Assembly (NCBI GenBank): GCA_026770705.1
Contig: JANJGN010000002.1
Location: 48,918,001 to 48,982,000, forward strand
Reading direction: 5' to 3'
From: Isurus oxyrinchus
Taxonomy: Eukaryota
Length of the DNA: 64,000 nt
Shown here piece by piece: positions 53,037-64,000 of the stretch. Position 1 is the first letter of the stretch; each line of letters starts with the position of its first letter. The notes below the pieces were generated by a model. The model did not search any database and was not told the origin of the DNA. It saw only the letters and a program-made list of their open reading frames with translations. Both the position numbers and the translations under genes were made by a program.

Positions 53037-54558
53037 TAGCCCCTATTATATGAAAACTGGTCAATCCTAACTTTTCAGAAATGGTGTTGTTGAAAAAGAT
53101 AAACAGGTATGTTCAATGGTCTGGTGATGACTAAGGCTGTTGACAGTTGTTACAATGATTTGTTACCTGCCCTCCCTTTACCCACTCCCTTCAGATGTGT
53201 GTGAGCACACTCACATTGAAAGCTTGGTTAATCCCCTTTGATGATTTTATTAAGTGCTTTTGGTCTGCTCTGCCAACGGGCATTCCATTGCATGTCATTG
53301 GCAGGCCAGAAAAACCACCTCAAAAGCCGTAAACCATTCTTGTCCTGTTAATAAGATTGTAGATCTTAACAGTGAGGAGATAATAAATTAGTACTGTAGT
53401 TGGTATAAACAATAGCCTGAAAGACATATAATGAGCTGTTTGCCATTAGTGTTCTAGTTAGACAGGAATAAAGCAAGCTGATTCATGTAGCGAAGCCTTC
53501 AGTGTGACAGCCTTGCTTGAACAGATGCTTTAAAATTCCCCCTTCTCTGATAAAATAGTATTTGCTTTTCTGTTATCACACCTGTGATACCTTTGTCGCA
53601 CCAACTGTAAAAGCAATGTCATTCATATATATAATACCATCAAAAAGAATAAGAGAAATTTGCAGGGTGAAATAAAATATAAATTATGATTTCAATCATA
53701 TGTAACCCCATTTACACTGCATCTTGAACTTTCGAGACTTCTCTTGCAAAACCATTGTGTCTAAATGTTAACCTTAGATTCCATACCCACCTAAATTCTT
53801 AAATTGCATCAGAATTTCTGCCTGTTTCAGTTGAATCATACAGGGCAGATAGTGATATCACCACATTCGTTTATGCTACTTGGTTAAACTGAGTGCTTTT
53901 CAGCAGCCAATACTTCCAGTTTGCAACAGGGTGAATGGAATCAAATTCAGTCAAAAGGAATGCTTCTACTTCACCACAGTAGTAGGGGGCAGCCCAACAG
54001 TGACCTCTGCCTTGCTAGAATATAAGTAGTACCTAGCACTGCGTTTGCATCATCAAACAATTAATCAGAGCAGTATAGTCGAGCAATATATATTAAAATT
54101 CCATGATATTAATGTGATATTAAATATGTGATAACACTGACAGAACAAAAATAAATTTGAAATGTTTGTCATGCTGCAAAATGAGATTGTAGTAAAACCT
54201 ATAAAGTTTCCTTAGAGCCGAACCATGATTTATAGCATTTAATCAAAGAAATGGCAATCCCTGCTCATTTAACTTCTCCCTCCACACACATCTGAATTAT
54301 TTTCTTTGATTAACTCAGAATTTCTCCCCTCACCCCCGCTACCCAAAATAAAACCCCTCACAATATCGAGACTGAATAAGTTATTTGTTTTTGTGGATCT
54401 ACGGTGGCTTGATTCAAGTTGTATTTTGATGGGCAAGAAGGGGTTTTAAAAGCAAATTGAAAGCAATTTGATATTCCTCATTGCTGTATGTTCTCTTAGC
54501 TATATGTTTCCATAGTGTGTGGCGTGGTAACACTGTTACATCCTTCTTTTCTTTCTAG

Positions 54559-54828
54559 GATTCTCCACATTATCTCTGGCTGATCAGATGAGCCTCCTCC
54601 AGAGTGCCTGGATGGAGATTCTGATCTTGGGAATTGTGTACAGGTCACTGTCTTTTGAGGATGAGCTGGTATATGCTGAAGACTACATCATGGATGAAGA
54701 CCAGTCAAAGCTAGCTGGGCTTCTTGATCTGAATAACGCTATACTGCAGCTGGTAAAGAAATACAAGAGCATGAAGCTGGAGAAAGAAGAGTTTGTCACC
54801 CTCAAAGCTATAGCGCTTGCTAATTCAG
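54559..54828 (+). CDS. ESRRG: ESRRG internal exon (LBD helices 4-8), 270 nt
   Basis: Pyrimidine tract plus ctAG at 54557-54558, GTTGGC donor at 54829. Encodes [22 protein letters not shown]...[10 protein letters not shown]. Confidence 0.98.
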
Positions 54829-55055
54829 GTTGGCAGATTTGCTTGACTAGGCACTGTTTCAATTAGTTATTATCTTTCCCATCCCCTCCCCAAAACCTTT
54901 TAACCCCTTCTGTGTTGGCAAATTCTCCTATGAAATTGGAAGAGTGCTTTATTTTGGTTTAAATATTTACTTACTTTGTAATGAAAAACCAAATATTTTG
55001 TCTCAAGCCCATCAATCGCCTCTATTCATGTTATAAAATAAACTAAAGTATTTAT

Positions 55056-55298
55056 AAAAATCAAATCAAAGCTGATGCTGGAAATCTGAAATTAAAAACA
55101 AAGTGCTGGAAAAGCTCAGCACGTCTGGTAAAATCTGTTGAGATAGAAACAGATTTTGAGTTGAATTCTTCTTTGTAAGTGAAGAGCTTCAGATCTGAAG
55201 AAGAGTCGTATTGGAATTGAAACAGCAACTCTGTTTCTTTCTCCACAGATGTTGCCAGATGTGCTGAGTATTTCCAGCACTCTCTGTTATTGTTATTA
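55056..55298. mobile_element. Short palindromic Penelope-derived element (older copy)
   Basis: Inverted arms GTGCTGGAAAAGCTCAGCACGTCTGG / CCAGATGTGCTGAGTATTTCCAGCAC; 12-bp TSD TAAAGTATTTAT at 55044-55055 and 55299-55310. Confidence 0.85.
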
Positions 55299-57109
55299 TA
55301 AAGTATTTATTGTTGGGCAAAAACAATTGACAACGTGTGTGAGAAATTGATGTTGCCAATACAGTTCTACCTAAAATCATTTAAAATTGCAAACTTAATT
55401 ACGCTGCTACTTTAAAGTCAGACATATTGTACTGCTTCAATCGTGTTTAAGAAAATGCTTTTGAAAGTAAAATCTGTTCTCAATAAGCTGAAGTTTGGCT
55501 TTCAACAAAATCAGTATATTGTCATAAAAATCTGAAAGGCAGATTTATTTCTCCTGAATGCATATGCTCTTTACCAGCACAAAAGAGGTTAATTATTCCA
55601 GCACGTACATTATCCAGATTTGAATTTAAAGTGCAGAAGCAGTTGGGAATGAATCATGAATAAAATCGTTTGGGCTTTGTTGTTCTTTCCTTTCTCCCCA
55701 ATGCTTTATCGTGGTCTTTAGGCACTTTAACATTTGCATAAAGTTCATGATAGATCACTCTTTAATAACATGCTGATCGTTAGCTACCTGTGTGTCAATA
55801 ACAGCTCTGATGTTGTGTACCGTTGACAATCACGCAATGTCCCTCTATTTCCCCCTGCCTTCTTTTGTTTTGACCTAATCTTTGAACTTTATCTTGGTTG
55901 CCGGCCAGTAGTTTTCTCTTTAATTACAAGAAGGAAACTGTCAATAAAATCTGTTAAATGGAATGCAATGAGTAGCTGAATGGGAGGACAGCCATTTGTT
56001 CAAATTCTACAGCATTCAAGGTATTGACAGTTTGTTTTCTGAGGCCATATGTGCTGATCAATCTCAGGCTGGGCTCAGCCACGCTGAAAAATGAAAAACC
56101 AGATTGCTTTTGCTTATTTTCGGATGACAGCTCTTGATTTGGTGGGTCCGAGATGAACCTTCTGCCAAATTGTACCCCAGAGAACCAAAGCGTGACTGTT
56201 TTGAAAATTATTTTTTAATTGATTTTGTAATTAACAGTTCATCTCATATATTGATGTGCAAATTCCCAGATTGATGGGAGGGAAATTGTTTCAACAAAAA
56301 GTTGCACTTTTTTTTATTTGTCTCAGCAACTGTTGTTGGCACTTTACTGCTTTGACAAGGGAACCAGAGTAAGTTGGGAGCAGTAGCCCATCAGCTGTCA
56401 ATGACATTTTTGAGCTCAGCAATTTCAGACAACTAATGCACTATTTTTTTCCTGCTTTACTAAATCGGTTTGGAAATTTTCTTCCTGCTTCCAATTTGAT
56501 TTTGTCTGAATATGATGTATGTTTGCACATTGTCTCGTTTGCATGACAGACTACAATGTTGTTTACTTGTCATCAAATGAAACTGCTTCAGAATAAGGTC
56601 ACACTGTAGCTGAGTGATAGCAGTTAAGACTTGAGTATCTCTGGATTTTAGCAATTTAGGAACTATAAAGCTAAGGTTTAGCCTATCCTGGAATGCTGCA
56701 AATACACTGACACGTGGTGGCAATTTGAAAGAAAATATTGCAAGAAGAGTAGTCATACCGATCTTAATATTTTATAAACTATGGGCTATAGAAAATACCC
56801 CTAGTTTTATTAACAGTAAAACTTGCAACTCCAGGCCTTTTTGCTGCATTTGCATAGGTGATTCATGCTGCTGTGAAATGTGCTCTCTAAAATGAGCACA
56901 AGCACATATATAAATAAATGGGAAAAGTAGCCTTCCCAAAATAAATAAAATGTTTAATAAATTGGAAACTAATACAAAACTTAATTACCCATTACAGGAG
57001 AAATAATAAAGCAAAGCATTAATACAAATGGAGGTATCCTTGATGTTCAGATTAAAAAGCCAGTTTTGCACCACTTCACTGAAAGCTGTTCCATTTAGGG
57101 TGTTCTTTT

Positions 57110-57335
57110 CATATAGAAACTAGGAGCAGGAGTAGGCCATTCGGCCCTTTGAGCCTGCTCTGTCATTCAATATGATCATGGCTGATCCTCCATCTCAATG
57201 CCATAATCCCGCTTTCCCTCCATATGCCTTGATGTCCCTAATATCCAAACAATTATCAATTTCCTTCTTGAATATACTCAGTGACCCAGCCTGCATAGCC
57301 TTCTGTGGTAGAGAATTCCACAGGTTGACCTCTTC
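57110..57335 (-). mobile_element. CR1 3'-end fragment
   Basis: AGGAGCAGGAGTAGGCCATTCGGCCC...GAGCCTGCTC...ATCATGGCTGATC...GTAGAGAATTCCACAG is the typical antisense CR1 terminus. Confidence 0.75.
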
Positions 57336-57633
57336 AATCGTTATGTTAAATTTATTTGGACTTTTTACTGTGAAATACGCATTGCATATAAATTACAGTT
57401 TTGGTCCTGTTAGCTGTTGTAGTTTTCTATTTGGAGCTTTACTGGAAGTTTCATCATATCATTGGTAGAGGAAAGTAGATAGAGGACAATTAACAGAACA
57501 TAAATGACAAAAAACACATTCGTAAATGCTTTGCTTATTTTATAAAAATCCAACAAAGGCAGGTGGTAGGCAGTTAAAACCCATGGAACACAATCTAGAT
57601 ATTTGAGAAATTTTTAAGTGAAACAGTCACATA

Positions 57634-57749
57634 GAACGGAATTTTACAGCCCCTCTTGCCGGCAGAATTTTCCTGTTCTGCCGAAGCCAATAGAATTTTG
57701 AATGGCTCGCCACGTTTTCTGGCCTGGCCCGGCCCATAAAATTCTGCCT
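57634..57749. mobile_element. 116-bp Harbinger-type MITE
   Basis: GAACGGAATTTTA / TAAAATTCTGCCT termini, TSD ATA/ATA. Confidence 0.7.
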
Positions 57750-57944
57750 ATAGTGTTCCTTTATTTGAAGATTGGACATGTTCTGTTTAAACTTGCAGCT
57801 GAATGCAAGTTTCAGCTGATCAACATTTCAAGTGTACTTAAGCTTGGACCAAAAGTAAAATATTTTAAAATACCATCATACATGCATACACTTCCCTTGC
57901 TTTAATTATAGATATGTTAACAGAGCTTTTATGTTGTCTTGTAG

Positions 57945-58189
57945 ACTCAATGCACATAGAAGATGTTGAGGCCGTTCAGAAGCTGCAAGATGTCTTGCAT
58001 GAGGCCCTGCAGGACTATGAAGCTGGGCAGCATGGGGAAGACCCACGCCGTGCTGGTAAGCTACTGATGACTCTCCCTCTTCTCCGGCAGACCTCTACCA
58101 AAGCTGTGCAGCATTTCTACAACATCAAACTGGAAGGCAAAGTTCCCATGCACAAACTATTCTTGGAAATGCTGGAGGCCAAGGTCTGA
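57945..58189 (+). CDS. ESRRG: ESRRG terminal coding exon (LBD helices 9-12, AF-2), 245 nt to stop
   Basis: gtAG acceptor at 57943-57944. Encodes [15 protein letters not shown]...[16 protein letters not shown] then TGA; the EAKV end is characteristic of ERRbeta/gamma and the body is ERRgamma-like. Confidence 0.98.
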
Positions 58190-60975
58190 CTAGAGGAACC
58201 TAGGCCTTCCCATGAAAATACACAGAATGGGTTAGGCCACAGCAAAGGGAAGAAACATAGGAATTGAACCAGACAAAAGTTAACTGTAGTGTTTAATTGA
58301 AAAAAAAACTGCACTGATATTTAGCAGTATGACTGTGAAGCAGCTTTCAACTTCTCATTCTTCTAGGATTTTTTCATGCAGATTTTGCTGTTGAACTTTT
58401 TAAATGAGGTCTCTAAATGAAGAGAGAGAAGGAAGCCAGCCCTGCCAAAGGATGGGAATCCATAATATGGATGCCACTGAACTAACAATAAGAGAAATAT
58501 CCCCATCAACAAAGGATTCAGACTGACAACTGTTTTACCTAACAGTACAGCGCATTGACTGAATGCAGTATTAGGTTCCATATGAACAGTCTGTAATTAG
58601 GCAACGGAGCAGCGTTGCATTGGCTGCTTCTTCTCATTGCATTTTTTCCACCTTAGATCAGTTACAGCCATTTAATTCCTTAATTGTTTTCAAGTCTTCC
58701 AGATATTTCTTAGGTTAGGAACTATGTCTATTTCAGGGAATAGTAAGCTTTACTCAGTCACGCAATACTGAAAATACTGCATTTATTTGCTGGCTGGAAA
58801 AATGATGGACAGTTATGAAGAACAAACAAAACTTTTTTTAAAACCTTTGTTGTTGATGTTGTTTATGGGTTTTTTGTACCAGCTTTACCACTACAGCCAT
58901 TTTATTAATCTGTGAATTTATCTTAAGCAATAGTGAATGAGAAGGTGCATACTTTTTATGGATGCAATTTATGTTGAGTGCCAGTTCAGTCAAAATCCTC
59001 AACTTCTTTAACACAAGGTAATACATAGCTTCAAGTTCATTATTGCAATTAGATTACACCTTTATTGATAGGCTAGTTGATCTGACAATTGAATCCAATG
59101 CAACAAAGTTATACACTAGCTTGCCCCAGCATACTTTGGAAATATGGTACTAATGTAAAATAATGTACTTTACAAGCATATTTATTAACCATTCAAAACA
59201 TGACTGTTAAGGTGTAAATTTGGTTTAGCAACTAATCAGATGTTTTTCCTCCCCCTTAAAGGCTACATTTGCTACATTTTAAAACAAATGAAGGCGCTAA
59301 CCTGTACCAAGTACTCAAATGTCAGTATTAGTAGCTGCTCCCTGTTGTACCATGTGACATCCTCTTCTGTGTACACTTATGTAATCAAAGATTGTGAGCC
59401 TAACCTGAGGTCATGTATTGGAAACAAAAAAAAAATGTTGTAGTTCAGCTTGCAATGTTTCATGTTTGCTGTGTTCTTCTAATTTTAGTTGAATTCAAAG
59501 ACTGTTGTCTTGTTCTTATTGTGGTGTTAGATTCTTGTGATTGTACGCATTAGACACAGGGTAGAATTAGAGACAGTAATGGATGTAAAATTCCTCAGGA
59601 GATAGTGTATTCTATTCCTTACTGGTGATAAGATTGCTCCTATTAATAATAAGAACAAATAGTTTAAGAATCAAAACAAATATCTCTTCCGACAATACAC
59701 ATTTAAATCATTAATTTAAAAAGGGATATTTTGTGTAACAGTTTATTGTAGAATAACAATGTATATCTTAGAAAAGAATTTGAATATTTCCAAACAATAG
59801 GTAAATGTCTAATTTTTAAATGCTGTAAATATAGCTATGTTCAAACATCTCAAATGGTTGTTAAAACCAGCTTTGTGTCGTTGCAAGTTTTTGGTGCAGA
59901 CAAGTTTCCCAAACTACTGCTACATTGTGTGCTTTGAACAAAAAAAAAGAAAAAGACAAAAAGGTTGATGGTATGCATCAACCTTGTGCTATAAATACTG
60001 TGTATCATTAGCCGTACGAGACTATATAGTAGATTGTGGTTTCTCAGTAGAGAATTGACTGTACTGTGATTCTAGACTTTATTCATCATTAGCAGCTCAT
60101 TCAGGTGGTCAATAACTTGAAGTTTATAGCTGTAATAGGGAACTAAGAAACTGGCACGACCCTTAAAAAAAATCCAACTCCTGGGAGTAAGGTGCTGATT
60201 TTGAGTAACAGGAGCTTAGCTCTGTGGAGTGCAAGGGAAGGATTTAAGATTTATTTTGCGCATGCTTATGGTTAGAACCTGCAGCAAAGTCTCATTTACC
60301 AGTACGCAGAACAGCAAAATGAGATAGTTAAAATGAAGGTTCTATGTTTTAAGCTGTATCTATTTTTTTCCTTTTTTTTCTTTACAATTATCTTTTTTCC
60401 TGCTTAATTATGGCAATATGATTGTGTGACTCCTCAACAGTTGCACTTGCATTTCAATCAGAACAAATATTTATTCCACTATTTGCATTTTAAAAAAAGA
60501 CAAGTTTCAAAATGATATGAAAAAAATTATAAACAGCTATTTTTCTTATATAGAACAGAATGTTGGGTGTTGGTGGTTGTATTTAAATTATTTATGCATC
60601 TGTGTTTACCTGCCTACAAACAATTTATGGCAGTCTTACATGCAAAGTTTAAAAGCAGAAAAAAAAGTTTCAAAAAAGCTACAAATACCAGGAGTTGAAG
60701 TTTAACCTGTAGTGAAAAACCATGTCTGTAGGTCTAGGCAAGCTTTGTGCTTCACATCTGTAAACAATCAACTGTATATTTTTGTGACGTGTATCATACT
60801 GTGTGCTCTGACAAATGTCCATTTGTGTAAATGTATTTATTTTATATTGTATATATTGTTAATGCAAAAGGAGACAATGATTCTGTAACTTTAATCAGTT
60901 CCAATGTGTACTCTAATTATGCCTTTCAGGATGATGGTAGAGCAATATTAAACAAGCTTCCACTTTTACATGCTT
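58190..60975 (+). other. ESRRG: ESRRG 3'UTR (end approximate)
   Basis: Repeat-free AU-rich tract after the stop, ending at an ATTAAA signal followed by GT/T-rich sequence. Confidence 0.7.
60947..60952 (+). terminator. Candidate polyadenylation signal ATTAAA
   Basis: Variant hexamer preceded by multiple TGTA motifs and followed ~25-50 nt later by GTTTGT/GTGTATTTTTTT. Confidence 0.65.
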
Positions 60976-62124
60976 GAGTTTGTAGAATGTGTATTTTTTT
61001 GGAAATGCAGAGCTCAACAAAATTGAAATCATTGGTTTTTAAGTTTTGTTTTGATAGTGTCATGACAATGGGACCTCTAAACAGCCAATATTGGGATTTA
61101 CTGATTTGCATGTTTGCAGATGCACTAATTGTGGCCAGATTTTGTTCAAAACTCTGATAGTGATAGCTTTGCTATCACTGCAATCTACATAGCACCACAA
61201 TACTACTATTATGCTTTGAGATAGCAGTAAAACACTTTAGAGCTCTAATGTTATGTTGCAGGGAGAGGAGTTTACAGTTCCCTTCCCACTTGAACTGCTG
61301 ACCTTAACTACTGACAGACCAAGTGCCACCCACATTAGAGGAAGGATAATAAGGCAGGGGATGGTATCATTTTTAGGCCACATTGCAAGTCTTTTCAGGG
61401 CAGCCTTGGTGATGAGGGGTATCTCTCAATCTCAATGGTATGGGCCAAGGTGATGAGATGAAGTGAAAAACAAAATAAAAGATGATCTGATACCCTCACA
61501 AAGTAACCACAAAGAGGTGCTAGATCTAGGTAGAAAAAATGAGAATCAATGTCAGATCTTTTATCGTTGATGCTAGTATTGTAACCTGCCAAAACCCCCT
61601 TCTCATCCCCAACACTGTGACATTTTGTTAAAATGTTCCACTCTACCAGGTGCCCACTGATAGAACGTTACTGCATCCTGATTAAAACACAAAGCAGCAA
61701 TGGCATGTTCATGCGTGTAAACAGCTCTACTTTTCTATAGTCACAGAAGGTTTTGTGACGAGTGTACTACAGTTAGCAGGGCAGAACCAGGGATTTCTAA
61801 ATGAACACTTTATGGCAGGGTGCAAAGATGAACTTAATGAGGACTAATATTTTGATCTCTAAGATTCAGGGCACTGGGAAATTATATTTGTTAGAGTTTA
61901 TTGTTCCATCAATGTTCCTAACCTCCACTCTCTAGTCTGAAATTGAATATAGAGTGAGAAAAATGATTGGACAAATAAACCTTAAAACTAGTTGAATATC
62001 TTGTGGCTAATTTGGAGTCAGTGCTTCAAAAATAGTCAGTGCATAAATACTGAAACCTTTATGGCTTATTTTAATTTGTGAGGTTTGTTCTACTGTTAGA
62101 GCTAAAAATAGGTTAAAAAAATTA

Positions 62125-62336
62125 GGCCCTGAAATTCCTGAACTAGAGAAGGAGGAAAGCTGCATTCCATTTGGGGAGAGTTTGGAACTTAGGGCACAAC
62201 CTGGTGACACTGAGTTCAGGTAACCTGGCCCTGAGGAGAGCACAGATGAAACTTTGACCCATCTTTGACCCATCCACTTTATATCAAGGGAGTTTATTAG
62301 GGGGAGTCCCTGGGTGTCCTGTGGGAAATTTCACCC
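62125..62336. mobile_element. Possible Harbinger MITE
   Basis: GGCCCTGAAATTCC / GGAAATTTCACCC imperfect TIRs with TTA on both flanks. Confidence 0.5.
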
Positions 62337-62597
62337 TTAATGCCCCTAAAATACCTCATCATTAGTCATGTCAGTTGTTGACTTCCCTTTGATGCCTCCT
62401 GGAAGTCTCAAACCTCATCTTGTCCAAGGTAATTGATCCTGGAAGGAGCCAATTCCCTTCTTTGGAAGCTAACTGGCTCCTTTTTGAGCCAAAGATGTGA
62501 GAAAAATAACTTTTGTTTTTGACCTTGCTGGGTCTGGTGGGATGCCAGGCAGAGCTGCTATGGACTCCTCTAGCTAACAAGCATGGGTTAAGTTTGG

Positions 62598-62895
62598 GGG
62601 AGGAGATGGTGTAGTGGTATAGTTGCTGGACTAGCAATCCAGAGACCCAGGGTAATGTTCTAGGAACCCGGGATTGAATCCCACCACAGCAGATGGTGGA
62701 ATTTGAATTCACTAAAAACCTGGAATTAAAACCATTGTTGATTGTCGTAAAAAGCCATCTGGTTCACTAATGTCCTTTAGGGAAGGAAATCTGCTGTCCT
62801 TACCTGGTCTGGCCTACATGTGACTCCAGGGATGGGTAATAAATACTTGTCTGGCCAGTGAAAAACACATTCCATGAACAAGTAATAGAAAAAAA
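62598..62895 (+). mobile_element. tRNA-derived SINE (different family), internally deleted
   Basis: A-box TGGTGTAGTGG, B-box-like GGATTGAATCCC, body GGTTCACTAATGTCCTTTAGGGAAGGAAA, A-rich tail. Confidence 0.8.
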
Positions 62896-63545
62896 GTTGG
62901 GTGTTGCTGATGCATTCTTGAAGGTCACAGCACCCTTGTATTTTAGCATGAACTGGAGCCTTTGATTTTTCATTGTTTCTAATGAATGAGAATATTTATT
63001 TAATTAAGTTATCTTGTTCCCTTTGTAAGTTTGACTGTGCATCCACCCCTGCCCAAACTGACCCCATGCCTACCAGGACCCCATATCCCTGGTTGTCATA
63101 AGTCCTTTATTTCTTAGGTGCAAGGATTGGATATTCTTGGCTATTGCTTTCCCCATAACTATTATACACTACATTTTCTTCTCTTCATTAATTTTAGTGG
63201 AAAAATTAAAGGAATAAAAAACATTTTAACAGCCAGGCCTCATTGGCATGCTGCTTGCCCACTTCCTGATCAAAACAGCCAAGCAGTCAATAGGAAGCAG
63301 CTGCCCATCAATTAAAATCAAGCCATTTGAAATCAGCCTCCAGAGACCAGAGAGAACCCCTCCCAGCACTAAGTAAGGGATATGTTGGGGACAGTGCAGT
63401 CACGGGCGTGGGTGGGAATCTGAAGCAGGAGAGGCCCTGTTCAGACCAATAGAAACAAAAATTCAGCAGATTGTATGATGGGAAGTTAATTCACAACTGC
63501 CAATTTTCCACCTGTTGCCAAAATGACAATTACATTCACTGCCCA

Positions 63546-63682
63546 GCTTGGCTGAAATAGCCAAGTGGTTATGGTACTGGGCTTGTAACCCCAAGATCAA
63601 GAGTTCAAATCTCACAATGGCAAACTATGAAACAATGTAACTTCATCTGAAACAGATGGAAACAGGTTTGTACTCGAAAGAG
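63546..63682 (+). mobile_element. Short tRNA-Thr(TGT)-derived SINE, monomer
   Basis: Nearly identical to the reverse complement of 41167-41306; TSD TTACAT(T/C)CACTGCCCA at 63530-63545 and 63683-63698. Confidence 0.9.
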
Positions 63683-64000
63683 TTACATCCACTGCCCACA
63701 TTAGAGGCTTAGTATGGTTGAATGATAGCTGTTTGTTCTTTCCTTGTTCAGTATAAAAGTTCTGGTGGTGTTCATTCTTACTCTAAAGGGCTTTATTGGA
63801 ATTTCTAACAAACTGAAAAAATTTACTTATGCTGTCTTTGTGCATTAAGTTTTTAAGTGAGTTAAACTGTCCCAAAACCCTGGGCGGATATAATCTGTCT
63901 TAATTGGTTTGGTGCTGGAGATAATTGGATGTCAACCATCAAACATGCAAGATGATTGAAAATTAAATATTTAATCTACACAAAAACTACATTTTGGAGA

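Larger units (their letters stand above)
48493..53043 (+). mobile_element. Decayed PIF/Harbinger transposon with two nested MITEs
   Basis: Left GGGTGAAAAATTGG; right TIR CCAATTTA|GCCCC split by a TA insertion; transposase remnant ~49100-50100 (GWLLGEKGF, MLKQCFCCLDPSGGAL), Myb/SANT remnant ~50790-52330 (-). Confidence 0.82.

Noticed and set aside
54559-58189. Assignment as ESRRB
   Set aside because: Despite Ile313, the hinge ([22 protein letters not shown]), [19 protein letters not shown] and [14 protein letters not shown] match ERRgamma; I count only about seven differences from recalled human ERRgamma over ~260 aa.
61299-62927. Relaxed TNAAGGTCA sites outside the Myb donor (also at 680 and 26006)
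   Set aside because: A few matches to this degenerate motif are expected by chance in 64 kb; no supporting context.
63546-63622. Functional tRNA-Thr gene or mitochondrial insert
   Set aside because: The acceptor stem does not pair, a conserved 3' extension and long TSDs are present, and a dispersed second copy exists; this is a SINE.

Overview
Eukaryotic (vertebrate) genomic DNA, not prokaryotic; the repeat repertoire suggests a cartilaginous fish (inference). The window holds the last four coding exons (111, 162, 270 and 245 nt, GT-AG, all phase 1) and the ~2.8 kb 3'UTR of the nuclear receptor gene ESRRG (estrogen-related receptor gamma) on the + strand. The introns, including one of 42 kb, carry four decayed PIF/Harbinger DNA transposons (HARBI1-like transposase on +, Myb/SANT gene on -), several Harbinger MITEs with 3-bp TSDs, a Penelope-like retroelement plus two short Penelope-derived hairpins with hammerhead ribozyme relics, CR1 and L2 LINE fragments, several tRNA-derived SINEs, a Tc2/pogo-like MITE and one 132-N gap. 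Nearly all other ORFs in the track are spurious or TE remnants. No new protein-coding system can be proven here. Best leads: (1) three Harbinger copies each deliver a perfect ERR response element (TCAAGGTCA) into ESRRG's own introns; (2) a very short tRNA-Thr SINE with a 3' three-way-junction fold whose two insertion sites both begin with TACAT; (3) an ERRbeta-like Ile at pocket position 313 combined with the ERRgamma-type Asn346. All alignments were made by eye and comparisons to human sequence are from memory.
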